The notes under the pieces are model-generated. The model worked only from the letters and a program-made list of their open reading frames with translations. It was not told the DNA's origin and made no database searches. The position numbers and the translations under genes are program-made. Below, one piece after another: positions 48,926-62,800 of a stretch of DNA of 64,000 bases (the first letter of the stretch is position 1; every line of letters starts with the position of its first letter). Origin of the DNA: Azolla caroliniana (Eukaryota; Plantae; Polypodiophyta); NCBI GenBank assembly GCA_043228905.1, contig JBHGNT010000008.1, positions 2,542,001 through 2,606,000 of the forward strand, written 5' to 3'.

Positions 48926-49428
48926 CATGGAAAAAACATGAATGTTCATTTGATGCTAAAAACAAAAAGCACATGTGTCTAGTTGTTTTGAGTGTACCAT
49001 TACAGTATGTATCTTATGAAAAGACACCATGTTCTAGTTGTTTGAGTGTCCTTTTCTCGATTTGATCATAGTTGTGCGCTCATGACCTTTTGCAAAGGAT
49101 CAAGCGCTCTCAATTTATGAACGACTTTTTATTTTGGGACCCTTGAAACAAATACAAAGGTCACCAATTATGAGTTTATACACAAGTAGTATCATACAAT
49201 TCTAGTAAAAAAAAACAAAAACATGTTCCATTAATAAAAAACAAAAAAATTAGAGTGCGACACAAGGATTCGAACCTACGACCTTAGCAAGCTATTTACG
49301 TACATATTCATATATCATACAATTATATGCTAAAAGTTTGGAGAATTTATAGAAATAGCCCCCCCCCCAAAACGCTTATTCGAAATACATACACTCTCAC
49401 AGAGAGAAAACCAAACGGTCGTGTGGCG

Positions 49429-52400
49429 ATGGCGATGGCGATGGCGATGGCGATGGCGGACGAGAGCTCTTCTTCTTCTTCTTCTTCTTCTTCTTCTTCT
49501 TCGTTCTTCGCTTGCTACCTCCTTCGTTCTCTGAATCCCCGCTTCCGGAGCTCCACCTACATCGGGTAAAACCTCCGTTCCCACTGTCTGCTTCTGCCAT
49601 TTCTTATTCTCTTTTTCTTCCTCTCTATCGTTATCTTTGATGCCTTGACAGTTTTGTTTCATCCGATCGCATCTCATTCATATCTGTGTATTACGTCTTT
49701 ATATAGCTCATGCTGTAAGTTATTTCTGTGTCAAAGGCTCCGTGTTTGTTATCGATCGATCGATCTTCTTGTCGCTTTATCTTTCCAGGTTCACTGTAAA
49801 CCCTAAGCGTCGCATCAGACAACATAATGGAGAGATATCCTCGGGTGCTAGAAAAACGAAGAAGAAACGACCCTGGGAAATGATTCTTTGTGTGTATGGT
49901 TTTCCTTCAAACATACATGCTCTCCAAGTAAGCAGAAAGATCATTCCTTTCTATTTTTCCTTTAATTTTCTTTCAGCATGCTTGCGTCCTTGAAAATACC
50001 ATATTTTCTTGGTTTTTGTGCATTTCTTCAACATGCAGGCATTACAAAGATCTATGTTTCTTTTAGGGTGTTACAGTGTTTTAGTTTCTAGGTCAGATAT
50101 CTTTTTTGTTTCTTTTTCTTTTCAGTGTTGTCTTATTTGTGCTTTATTTCTGACATTTCTTCAACAGTCAATGTGTTTTATTTGGTTTTGCATTAGGATT
50201 TTACGACTTCAGATATTATCTCAAACTGTCCTGCCTCTATCTCACTTTCTTTATTTCTTCGTTCATCTCTTGCTTCTCTAAGTGTGATATACAGAGATTT
50301 TATGTTGTTTCAGGCTCTATGTCAACTGCATCTTTCCTTTCTATGTCCCGTTTTTTGTTCTGTACCTATTATGTCTATGTTTTCATTGACTCTCATACAC
50401 GGTTGTTGTTTCATTTAGCCTTTTGTACACGTTTTAGATTTTCGGTCAACATGTCTTATTTATTTTATCCATGTAGTTTTTCTTCGTTTTTGTGTTCGCT
50501 ACAGTGATCTGTATTTCTTTGTGCCAAAATGTCCTCCTTGATCTTATCCGTTTTTGGTTCTTTTTCTGTTGTTAATAGTTGTTATTATCAACAGTTTGAG
50601 TGGGCCTGGCAACATCCTTTCCAATCAGTAGCAGTTAGAGAAGCAGCCAGTGTTCTCAAACTGGCCCGAGGACCTTCAGGGAAAGTTACGCTTTTGTATA
50701 CGATGCTCAATTTACCGGAATGGAAAAGGTATGATCGTTAGTAATTAGCATTATATGCTATGTGCTGTATCTCATCTCACTATCTGGTTTCCATTGAAAT
50801 CTTGCATATAAATTTGCTGTCTGAATCAAATATCAAACATTTCTTACATGATAACAGAACAAAATTTAAGATTTATTCTCGTTCTCATTTTCTGGATTTC
50901 TTTGAATTATACATTTCCAGTGTTAATTCAACCATGAGTATATTTTTCTTCAAAAGATTGTTCTAACATGCGACAGTAAAACTAATGTGCTGTGTCTTAT
51001 CGGAATGGAATAGGTATGATAATGAAAAGTTACAGGTGACTACACATTATATGCCAAGTATTGCATTTTCATATCCCTTTCTGGTTTTCATTGAATTTGT
51101 GTGTTGACATTTGTAGTGTGAATTTAATAATGAACGTTTTACAAGCTAAAATTGCAAGGCATGTGTTGCGTATCTATTTTTCTGCTTTTTATTCTGTATA
51201 CACATTTGCTCCGCAAGAAATTGCCCTACATGCAACGTAATGAAGAACTAATATGTTGAATCCATCGTTTTTCTGGACTTCATTGAGCTCCTGCATATTC
51301 TCGGTGAACATATTCGATGTGAACACTACCACTCATGTCTTGCATCCATCTCTTTTTCTGGTTCTCATTGAATATGTAAATATATCGTTGCAGTCTGAAT
51401 TTAACAGTGAATATTTTATCAACAAAGCATCTTCCATTAACGAAAGGTTGCCCTAGTCTTCCTTCTCAAATGCATGTGAAAGTTGGAACATTGGATGAGC
51501 TTCCATTCCATCATATCGATTTCCAGGCATCTGATGAACATGAAAATGGAAGTGATTGTGACTCTCAGGATGATGATGACAGTGCCAAAGAGAATGGTTA
51601 TCAGTGTTTGAAAAGTGCAATTTCAGCTAACGGTATTAAATCTTCACCTAAGTGCATTGAATTTATTTGTATATCTCAGTGTTTAATATTTCTTATTTTA
51701 AAACATCTTACAGTTTCTGGGAGTATTTTGTATTTCAATTTCCCAAATGTAGAAATATGCGAACTGTGAATTACACTAACCTTTTGTCTTTTTGTCATGA
51801 TGATGACGGCTACAATCCAGGGCATTGTCAGTATGGAACTGTGAAACATGGGAGGCTTGATGAATATTCCTGTATGCCATCGAATGTGTTGGCAGAAATT
51901 TCCAATACTATTGCTCATTTCAGCTGTGATGATCCCTCTGAAAAGCCAAAGAGGCGAGGCTCTTCAAAACAAAGCAAACCTGACAGCAAAGATGTAATGT
52001 GTGTACCGAAATCAAGTCAATTTTGTAGAAATGGTGTTATGAATGGAAAAAGTGGTCAGCTAAGGACAAGGGACAGCAGTAAGTCAATGGAATTTAGCTG
52101 TAGTTTGTCCAGAATCCCATCACAAGAAGTGTACGAGAGCAATTCTCTACTACAGAATGGAATTCAATCACATTTAACAGGGCTACATTTCTCATCTATG
52201 AAAGGTTTTGAAGAACCTTTACCAGATAAGTCTCTAGATTTGCTGCAAAAAGATAATCAACAGCATTCCACCGAGGTACTTCATGTATCTAGAGAAGATC
52301 ATGCAATGTCGTTATCATATAACACCTACGATATATCTTGTACGACAAATAATGTTGTGTTGGACATAACACAATTGTCTCCTCTCTGGTCTCCATCTCC

Positions 52401-52728
52401 TGCACCAGCCCATGATAGTAATAATAGAGGTATGAGAGGCGTTGATATTTTAAGTGAAGAAGATAGTATGAGGAAGGTAAGATGTTCATTGAGCTTTTCT
52501 CCCTCCTGGAGATCAAGATCCGTACATTTAGGAGATGTGTTTTCAAGTCACTCCTTCGATGAAGCTATACCTGAAGATGGTAAATGCAGCACTAGCTTGT
52601 TTCATAGCATCTGTTCAGATTCCCCACTACGGCATGAAAAACAGACCTCTGTTTCAATACAAGAGTTCCTTCCTGGTAGGAAACAACCTATAGTGATTGA
52701 TCTTACCGATTCACCTATTTCAAAATAA
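49429..52728 (+). CDS. SLX1: Structure-specific endonuclease subunit SLX1 (GIY-YIG); exons 49429-49565, 49789-49927, 50595-50728, 51394-51632, 51821-52728 (last intron tentative)
   Basis: [17 protein letters not shown]|[29 protein letters not shown]....ALQ|FEWAWQHP; phase-compatible GT-AG sites; C-terminal VIDLTDSP (SIM-like). Confidence 0.9.
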
Positions 52729-54881
52729 TGTTGACAATGACCTAAATGAGGACAACCTCTAATTTGTTTAGTTCATTTGTAGACATAAGTTAAATAACAT
52801 TTCCTGTTAATGTATATGATGGCTGGAATCTCTGTGGTCCTACTCAATTATCCATAACCCCATTCAGAAACATTTTCATTTTCCTTCTATTGTACTAGTT
52901 CCATTGATGTCCTTCCACATGCTATCTATGGTTTGCTTCTAATCATGGTGTACATCATAATTAGAAGTGGCCGCTCTAAAGGTTTCCATCCATCAGCCAT
53001 GATTCATGATTCATGTCATGTGATTGCATCATCCATTTGTTGCCCATGCTATGATCTGATCGCTCATCTCCTTTGACATGCAATCTATGATTTTCTTCTA
53101 TCAATGTATGTATTTTGTACCCCCATGAGTTGCAATGCATAAAGTTCCCATTCTCATCATGGTTCATGTCATTTGATAGTATCATCTGTTTCTTTCCTAG
53201 ATTAGGTAGGATTTGGTCCTTTATCCAATAATTAATGTATGGCCAGTTGTCTTACGCTATCATCTAACCCAATGTCTTATTTGGTTTCATAAAACACTCT
53301 TTTGAAGAAGTCATAACAATGACAATGTCTTGGAATGTGAGAACCAATGGTCAAGAGAGAGAGTAGAGATCAAACATCAGGTCTTTCTTCTCAAGTTTGT
53401 GGTTAAGTAAACCTAGAGGTAATTTTTGCCACCATTGCATCTCAACGGAATAGGATGTTGGGGTTGGAAGAATAGGTTAGTTGGGAATGTTGCCCACTTT
53501 ATACTAGATTTGTGGATATTTGAGTTCCTACTAGCCAAAGGTGAGCAAAGAGAGAAACAAATGATAGTATCTTGGAACGTAAGAACCAATGGTCAAGAGA
53601 GAGTAGAGATCAAGTAACTAGAGGTAGAGAATACTCAACTTAACAAGTAGTTGAAGGTAATATCTAGAAGTCGTTTTTGCCACCAACACACCTCAACTTA
53701 ACAATAGGGCATTGGGGTTGTAGGAATAGGTTAGGTGTGGAGGCTGCCCAAATTATGTCCAAATGTGAGGATATTTTTTATTCCTATTAAGTAGAGGTAA
53801 GTAAAGAGGGAAACAAGATGATTCACTGTCAGTAAGACTCCTATGCTGTCATTGCATTGAAGAACTCTTTTGAAGACATGGTTAGTCCTTCGATGCTCCC
53901 TCTTATCACACATTTTCTACTAAGAAGAATATCATATGCTGAATGATGGATTTACATATGCAAATGTATTTTATTATTAAAAACAATCATATCACATAAA
54001 TGTGATCATTAATTTACTAGATAAGTAAAGTCAAGAAAAGAGATTGTCATGCATTACTCGAAAGGTTATCTACCCTAATATATTTGTGTGTTTTGTGTAA
54101 TTGGTGACACACGCTCATATTGATGTATGTATGTTATGGCGAATGTCAATGATCATGGATCACGCTTACTTTGAATTTTCTAGAGATCGAATGCATTATG
54201 ATTACAACTCAGCTACTTTGAGGCCAAAGAAAATTTCTTGAGAAGAAATTATATGTACACAATAATATGAACCAAAGAGACTACTTATATTTGTATTATT
54301 GTTGTTGATACATTCATCATGATTATAGATTCATTTGAAATTATTTCACCATTGAAGTTCTCAAAAAGGGAAAAAGTCACGGCTCCCAAGTATACATACT
54401 TATAAAATGGTTTAATAGGTGAAGCAAAAAAGTTTGAATTAGAGTAAAAGGATAGGTCATTGAGATAGACGTGATCATCGGTTTAATTGAGAACGGTGGG
54501 AAGTGTAAGTTTAAAAGCAACGAGGTTGTTTCAGTGATCCATTGGATGGGACAATCTTGGTTAAAACTTAAGGTTGTAGTCTAACTCTAAGCACTTGAAA
54601 TGCATTCAACATGTGTTACTCAAAGAAAATGCGGTGGCTACAATCACAAAATGTAAAACATGTGCGTATTGCATTTCGTATGTTTCAAGTAAATAAATTT
54701 GAAAGGGTCTTATGAGAATTCCTTGCCTTTCTCTCATGACTTCCTACTCTAAAGACACTTAAATATTAGTTTACTTTCTCCCTTTCTCCTTTTTTGCGTA
54801 CCTAGAGATAATGCAAGCCAAGCGTTCATCTCCCTTTCTCTCCCTCTCTCTAGGTTTTGACTTGGAGAAAATATGTATCAT

Positions 54882-54918
<37 letters not shown>

Positions 54919-56419
54919 GGACCTTTTGACTAGCTTGTCCGTTACTTCCAGGTATTATTTTTGTTGAAATTTTGAATATATGTTCATGACCTTTTCATAA
55001 CCTATTCTTATCACTTTACACTAAATTTGCATCAACATTCCAAAGATGCCTAAAATCCTTGGCATGGCCTCATACCCTTATAATGGTTCACTAAACATTT
55101 ATCTCCACAACTATTATGGAATTGGTAAATTATCTTAAATAATATTTTATGCATGAATTATCATGTTACCGCCATCATATGTGGGGCATTGTATTTTCTA
55201 GTACCAACTACGAGTTTTCCTTACCATAAGATGTATTTGTTAAATGAGTTAACAACATCGGGAAGATCTTAAGAACCTTGGGGATCTTTGTGCTTGCGTA
55301 CCTTATGGATCAGTGATTTTAAACTAGACTAATACATTTGAGGAAAAGAAAGGCCATGGATGGTGTAAAACAAATTCCTAGCTCTATGGTTGGTCTAGTC
55401 CATTTTGCTATTCGTGTAGCTCATTTGGTGCTATCTTTTCACTGTCGGCCAATGAAATCTATTTGGCATAATAAATTAGTTCAATGTAAAAAGCAATTGT
55501 ATTCACGTTATGACACAAGTGAACTTTTCATTATTCTACTTGAAAATAATTAGCATTTATGAAATAACCTTATTATGTTCTACACAACCCATTCTAGAAT
55601 TTTTTGTTATTATGTTGTGTAGTTTTTTTTTCATTATTTGTATGGAAATCAATTGCATAATAATTGTGGCTCATCTTCAATGACCAAAGGAAAACAATGC
55701 CAACACATTGATAAGCAGTGCAACAATTGTTAGAATCCTTGAACATTTTCTAGAGACTTGCCCAAACAAATGAGAGTTGTGACACAGAGAGTTAACTCAT
55801 TAGGTTCCAACAACAGGAAAATCCCAAACGCAGTAAGGTCATGAAAACTTATGTCTACATCTAAATACCATCTAGAGCTTTTCATCGTGATTGTGCAATA
55901 AAAATACATGAATTTGGATCATATCCCAAATTTCCCACAAAGTACAAAAGAACATGGACATTGTGAAGAAAGCTTTGTGTGCTAAGTTAGAGCTCTTAAT
56001 GTGGTGGATGAGTCTCATTAATATTCTTGTTTTATATGGCAATCTAGACTCTAGAGTATCTAACAAAGATGCTTGATGAAAACTATGTTGCTTCATCCGA
56101 CACTCTCATAGTTACGACAAAATTCAATAGACATTATGGCTGCAAAGGATTTACGCTCACACCGGTTGTTTACGCTTGGAGATTACGAAGCATACAATGG
56201 ATTGGTCACTTTAAATTCAGAATAAAGACAATGTTTGTCACATTTAAGTTCATAAGTGTAAGAAGTAGTCGACCATCAACTTTGGTCATATATTCAATCG
56301 ATGTGATGTGTAAAAATATCCTTGGTGACATAAACGCATGCGTAAGATCATGAATCATGGTTAGAAGTCAAGAAATATTGAAAGCGAAGATGAAGATAAT
56401 GCATGGGCATACTCAAGCA

Positions 56420-58065
56420 CAAAAAGTACACGTAAGGGAACTCTATACGCCTATATACAATTCCTTTTTATTATTTTACATAGATGTACCAATATGTGGC
56501 TTTGGAGTGTTAATAAAATTGCATTTGAAAATAAAGATATGTCAAGAACCATTAATCTAGGCATAGTTAACCATACACGTAGGCATAGAAATACAATATA
56601 TGATGCCGATGCAAATGTTTTCGCATATTTTACACATGGGCCAAGAGAAAAGTGTGTGGGTTGCACCTGCAAAAGATTAAGATATCGAAAACACGTGGTG
56701 CAACAATACTAGCTACTTTGAAAGGGGGAAAGTAATAAAGTTACGAAGCGGTGAGGTCATGGCTGAGGTAAGTATCGTTGGGCCATAGTGGGAGGGTTGA
56801 AAATGTGACGACTTACACAAGACAAAGGATGTGGGGTGTGCAATAATTTTCTAGAATCTCTATCTAGAAATTTGTCTAATCTCTTGTATTTTTTGAGCTT
56901 AAAAAAAAAACAAAAACAAAATATGATCTATGTTTCAAGGCCAAGAAATATGAAAGAAAATAAGAGAGAGAGGGAGAGAAGGGAAATGTTCAGGCAATTT
57001 CCTCAAGGGAAAGAGAGCCCATTTCCCTATTCTAGTATGCCGTTGACACGTAGCATGTTTGGCAAATGGCTCTCCCCTTCCCATTAAGGCAAAGACAAAG
57101 TGTAGTGCATTTGGGTATGGTGGGGACATGAGGTTGTCAATCCCCCTCTTCCATTATCGATAGACTCAAAATCTCTACAAAAAAAAAACTAGGAAAAAAG
57201 CATCGTGGCCCAATGCCATGATAGCCCATGTACCATATGTGTGTTGTAGCACCTCATCGCCACCTAAGGCACAAGAAGTTGTTAGTCCAAGGTAGACTGT
57301 CTTATACCTTGTAACAAACCTCTAGGACCAATGCGTCATGCCCTGTAACTCTAACTAGAATCATAATCTCAACCAAACCTTTGGAATCAACATATTTATG
57401 TTGCATAAATTCAATTGGGCAATGTATCACTCCTAACTATGCATATTGCTTCTTATAAACCCACTTTGGCAAAGAGTTGGTTCTTGGGAGGGTCATGAGC
57501 TCCAAGCTACAAGTGACAAACGAGTGCCACCCATTGCAAACCTATGGGGTGAGGCAATCCTCTACCATACCACACGTAGCTAAGCATATATGGTGGTCCC
57601 CACACCACACCAAGCTGCACATATATTGTGGTCCCCATACCACATCTAGCTAAGGCATATATTGTGTCTCGCAAATATGATATGTGTCGAATCGTTCACG
57701 TGATGTGGGGGGAGGGGTATGGTAGATAGGTAGAGATAGGTAGCTTTTTTTAACATCTATCGGAATGGACCTGGTGTTGTTGGAGCAGACATTTACAAAA
57801 CAAGCGGTTGCTGTCAGGGAGGAGCTTGAGTGACGGTGTGTGTTTGAGTGTGTGGATTTGACCGAAGAAAAAAGAGAGGGAAGTTGCCAGGTGTGAAGGA
57901 GGATATGGGTGAAGTTAAGTGAAGCAACAGTTGGCATAAAAAGGGTAGGGCTCCAGACAAAGGCCCATTTTTATATATAAAAATATATTAAGTAAATAGA
58001 AAAAAGGTGTCTTCCCCCACACACACCCCCCTTCCCCCTTTCCTTTCCTCTCTTTATATATATAC
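56420..58065 (+). promoter_or_regulatory. NAC upstream region with clustered ACGT-core (ABRE/G-box-like) elements and a TATA box
   Basis: CACGTG at 56692-56697 and 57697-57702; ACACGTA near 56428, 56575, 57047, 57573; TATA-rich tract at ~58053. Function is inferred. Confidence 0.45.
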
Positions 58066-58291
58066 ATACACACATGAAGCATCAAAAATATTGAACCAAA
58101 AACTCATCCAAAAGACAAAGACCATATTGACAAAGAAAAACCACTCCTAGGCTTGAACCCAAAAAACAAAGACACACACACACAAAACACACATACATGC
58201 CCACAAACAACTCTTCCAATTCCCTTCCAAATTGAGAGCTATAACATAATTTTTTCTTTCCTTCTCATTCAAAATCCATCCTTCTTCCACC

Positions 58292-59867
58292 ATGAGGGCT
58301 GAATTGGGCAAGGATCCAAGCAGAGCCCCTCCATCCCAACTTAACTTGCCTCCGGGCTTTCGATTCTACCCGACGGACGAGGAGCTCGTAGTCCACTACC
58401 TATGCAAGCGATCCGCGTCCGAGCCTTTCTCCGTGCCCATCATTGCGGAGGTCGAGCTCTACAAGTTCGACCCTTGGGATCTCCCTGGTATGCAATCCAT
58501 TTCTTTCTTTTCTTACAAACCCAATCTTTCCTCCAAATTGTGGCCTAATCTACATGTAATTAGACTCTAAATTAAGCCCCAATTCAGTCTTAATTGGTGT
58601 CATACTAAGGAGTGGCTCTAGACTAGAGTTTCTCCACCCCAAAGATCCCTTCAATTTTGTCTTGTGTGTTTTTTGGTCCCCTGTCCTTACACTTAGTTCC
58701 GATTTCTCGCGACTCAACCGAGGCTTGACTCGGATTCTTTTTTGCGTTTTCAGAACGAGCTCTATTCGGTGAGAGGGAGTGGTATTTCTTCAGCCCCCGT
58801 GACCGCAAGTACCCGAATGGGTCGCGCCCGAATCGAGCGGCCGGAGCCGGCTATTGGAAGGCCACAGGGACTGACAAACCCATATGCACCAACATGGGCA
58901 CCAAGAAGGTTGGGGTCAAGAAAGCCCTTGTCTTCTACAAAGGCAAAGCTCCCAAAGGTGTGAAGACCAATTGGATCATGCATGAGTATCGGCTCGCGGA
59001 CAGCGCCACTCGGTCTGCCAAGCGCAAGGGCACACTAAGGGTGCGTTCACACTAGTGCCTTCGTGTTTTAACACTTCTCTCTATGAAGGATGTGGGTTTC
59101 ATATGGTCTCGCGTGTTTTGTTTTTACACCCCCCCCTCCCCAGGCTTATTATGATGTGTGTTAATGTTATTCTTTCTTGTTTTTTCTTTTGCCAGTTGGA
59201 TGATTGGGTGCTTTGCCGGATTTACAAGAAGTGCTCCGGTGCTAGCAACAACATGCAAAAAACTGCGAAAGAACCACGATGTGAGTCCTCGAGTTTTGAT
59301 GATGCGGTGATCGATTCATTGCCCGATGCTGAAGAAGATACATCGGAAGCACACGAGGCATTCGATGACAAAAGAGGAATCCTTAATAGTATAGGTGGAT
59401 CGGGCCGCGATTTCGCTTGGAAAACAACTGAAGCAACCACTAACCAAAGTGTTGGGAAGGCACAGGGAGCCATGATACCACCACCCTTACCAACAACTAG
59501 CTACAATCAATATTATTACAATCACCACGGTTCTTTCAACTCTTGCACTCAACAACAAACTCCGAGCTCATTGGACCTTTCACACCCTGTGTCCAACGAG
59601 ATGAGCCACTCGGCACTTGAATCTTCGTCTGCCCAAGAAGATGATTCGGTTGTCGAGAGCGCCTTCAATACGTTTCCCACGTTTAATGCCAACACAAACC
59701 ACACCCTTCCATCTTCCGGGTTTTATGGCTATGACCTTGGGCTTCCGAGCCCAACTTCTTCAATGCTTGGAGGTAGCGGACTAACTGACACAGATGCCTA
59801 CTTTCAATCATTCTCCCAACTCCTAGACAATAGAAACTCCCTCTTAATGTGGGATTCTAGGGTGTAG
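58292..59867 (+). CDS. NAC transcription factor, ATAF/stress-NAC-like; exons 58292-58487, 58754-59040, 59196-59867
   Basis: [104 protein letters not shown]; canonical three-exon layout. Confidence 0.96.
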
Positions 59868-62800
59868 TCCTCTCTTACTTGTTCATTAGCCCCCCCTATC
59901 CGCCCCCTTTTCTTATACAAATCTTTAACCCATATAGGTAGTGAATTCTACATGCAAGGATCAAGGGCCTCCAAATTTTGTAAATTATATAGAATTAAGT
60001 TATCTTCTTTGTAAATGACCCTTCCTTTGTGCATGTGTGTGTGTGCAGATGAATGTAGGTTTGTCACATTCCCTTTATGTTTCCATGACCACTTCGATAA
60101 ATGACATCGATTGGTCTTTCCAACTATAAAAGAAAAGCTATCTTATCTTCTTGCACTATTGATCGAACTTTGGATGTGCTTCCATTGAAAATGTGTGCGA
60201 TGAGATGTATTTTTTGGTTGAACCCTAGATGCCTATATATGTTGCAAGTATGTGTGTTGCGAGAGGGATTTTGACGCTAGATGTACACGCCTACATATAT
60301 TTGCAACAACTTTTTTCTTACAGAGCTAATAATTGCTTTAAAATTCAATATCTATTAAGGTTGGTGGTGCACCTTTTTTTTCGAACGAAAAGGATGATGT
60401 TTTTCACGAGAAAGATGTATTGAAAGTGTAAGACTATCAATGTTTGAAGGCAATTTACATCCACTCTCATGTCTTATGAATTACCAAAAGCTAATGATAT
60501 GAATGTTTATAAATTTTGAGTTTCATTTCTTTGCCTATTGTTCTCCACCCTTGTCTTGATCGCCTGAGCGCTTCTTCCATTGACCATAAGTGTTGCCAGT
60601 ATGAAATTAATGCTCATTAGTCAAATGATCCATCCCCCGTTCAAAGATTTCAATTCCTTGTCCAAATGCTCCCCTTCATACTATTATTGTTAAGTGTGGA
60701 TTCAATGGCTACATTGACTATTTATGTTTTCCTTTTCTCCGTTAGCACTTCTATGGTTTTACTATTGTCTTTTGGAAGTTCTCTTGTTTTCTCCCTTTCT
60801 CTCCTTTGCTCCCTCACATAAGCTTTCATTCCCTTGGGCAGTGGGATTGCCTTTGTCTTTTTTTACTTCCAAGATCCTTATGAGCCCCATTTTAGGCTCT
60901 TGTGTTTTCTTCTTTATCTCTTCACCCATAAGTCAAAGTAAAAACCTTGTCATGACCTTATGAATTCCTTTTGGTGTTTTCTTGGAAATACAGATTATTT
61001 TGACCCCAACTATTGATTTAGACATCGTTGAGTAACTATGGCATCATGTAACAATTCCCTATCATAACAATGTTTGACACTTTCTTTGTTGAGGATTTGT
61101 ATTCTCATTTCGAAACTTTCTTGGATATGCTAGAGGACGTCTTTGACGTTTTTAGCAACTCACAAAGTTATATACTCATTAATCCTAACATGGAATATAT
61201 ATCATTACGAAGACATGATCTTGTTGTCCGTCTAATACTAGGAACTACATTCATCGTTGACACATTCGTGATGTTTGAATGAAATGAGCATCTTTTGCAC
61301 GATTATATTTGTTTCTCTAACAATGTCTATTCTCCACGTGTTCCTTTTTTTGTAATTCCATTGTTACGAATAGTTCTAAGGACCATGAAGTGAACCACAA
61401 TTGGGGGCATTGTTGTCAAATGTGTTAGTTCAACCAAATCTAGTTACGAATTAACAACATTGGTATTCGATATTACATATGTCTTAGGCTTTAGCTAGTT
61501 TGTATACATCAATTGACATGGGTCCCTAGTTGAAACCTTACCAAGAATATGATTAGATATTTTGGAAACTAAAACAGTAAGCTTGTTTATTTTCAATAAC
61601 TTTTACATATTCTTTGTCAAAGTTCGAGGTTTTGATGATATCAAAACTAAGATTAAGCACATAGTGATACCATAACACACACATAAGTGATAATACGAAG
61701 GTTAATTCACAATACTTCAAAATGAATTTCTACTAATTAAAATACATAATTACTAGATGCTCTATAATTAAAAAATGTGATGTTGTAATGGGTCCATATG
61801 GGAGTGTAATTAGCTACTTATGCTTCAAATTAGAAATTGAGAATATCTTACTTGATAAAGCTGCTTTCTTACTAAAGTTTCTTGTGATTAGGCATTGTGT
61901 TTGCTACATAGCCAGTTTGTTTGATCATGAAATTAATTGATTATCACACAATTTATGTGTACTACCTAAATGTATCTTGCACCTAGATAATGCTTACATT
62001 TTCCCTCCTTACTTGACCTTTGCCAAGCATGCATAGGTAGTGTTGAAAATAATCAAACATACATATTTAGTTTTGAATATATATAAACATAATTTGGTAA
62101 GTTTCCATTGATTTAAAAACCAAATGTTCAAGTTTGAAGATTACAACAACAAATACCAATTGACATTTTCAACTTCTCTGTTCGTGAAGTTTTAAAATTT
62201 TAAGAACCATGAAAATGGAGATGTACCTTTGAATTACCCCTTGAATCATACTGAAAAGTTGAAAACTATCCTTAATATTATTATTGACATTATCTAAACA
62301 CCTTATTATTATTAGTACAATCGTTACTTTCCATGCTCTTCACACCTGATACTACAAATTTGTTCAATTTAATAATTAAAAACATAGCTTTCAAGCTCAA
62401 AACTATCTCCTCCTCAAGATTTAGAGAGAGAATAATGATTTCAAATTGCACATGGTGTGGTCTACTCAACTTTTCCATCACTCCACACATCCCAGTAATC
62501 TTTGACAAGGTAAGGTCATAGATAAGAGAAAGTGTCCATATGACATTTTAAAATTTGTACAGGGATCCATAGATGTGTCAAGCTCAATGTCCATGTGGAG
62601 TGGTGGCATTGACATTTCGATACAATTGATGTATTAAGCATAGAGTATGGTATGCATGTGTGATGCATCTTTGGTAGAGACCTAATTTAACAACCTTTAG
62701 GTTGGAAAACAATGCCTCGCTATGTTATGAACTAAATGAAGTTTAATTTCTTGGATCCCCCAAAACATACATGGACATGCATGTGCATGTGCATGTGCAA

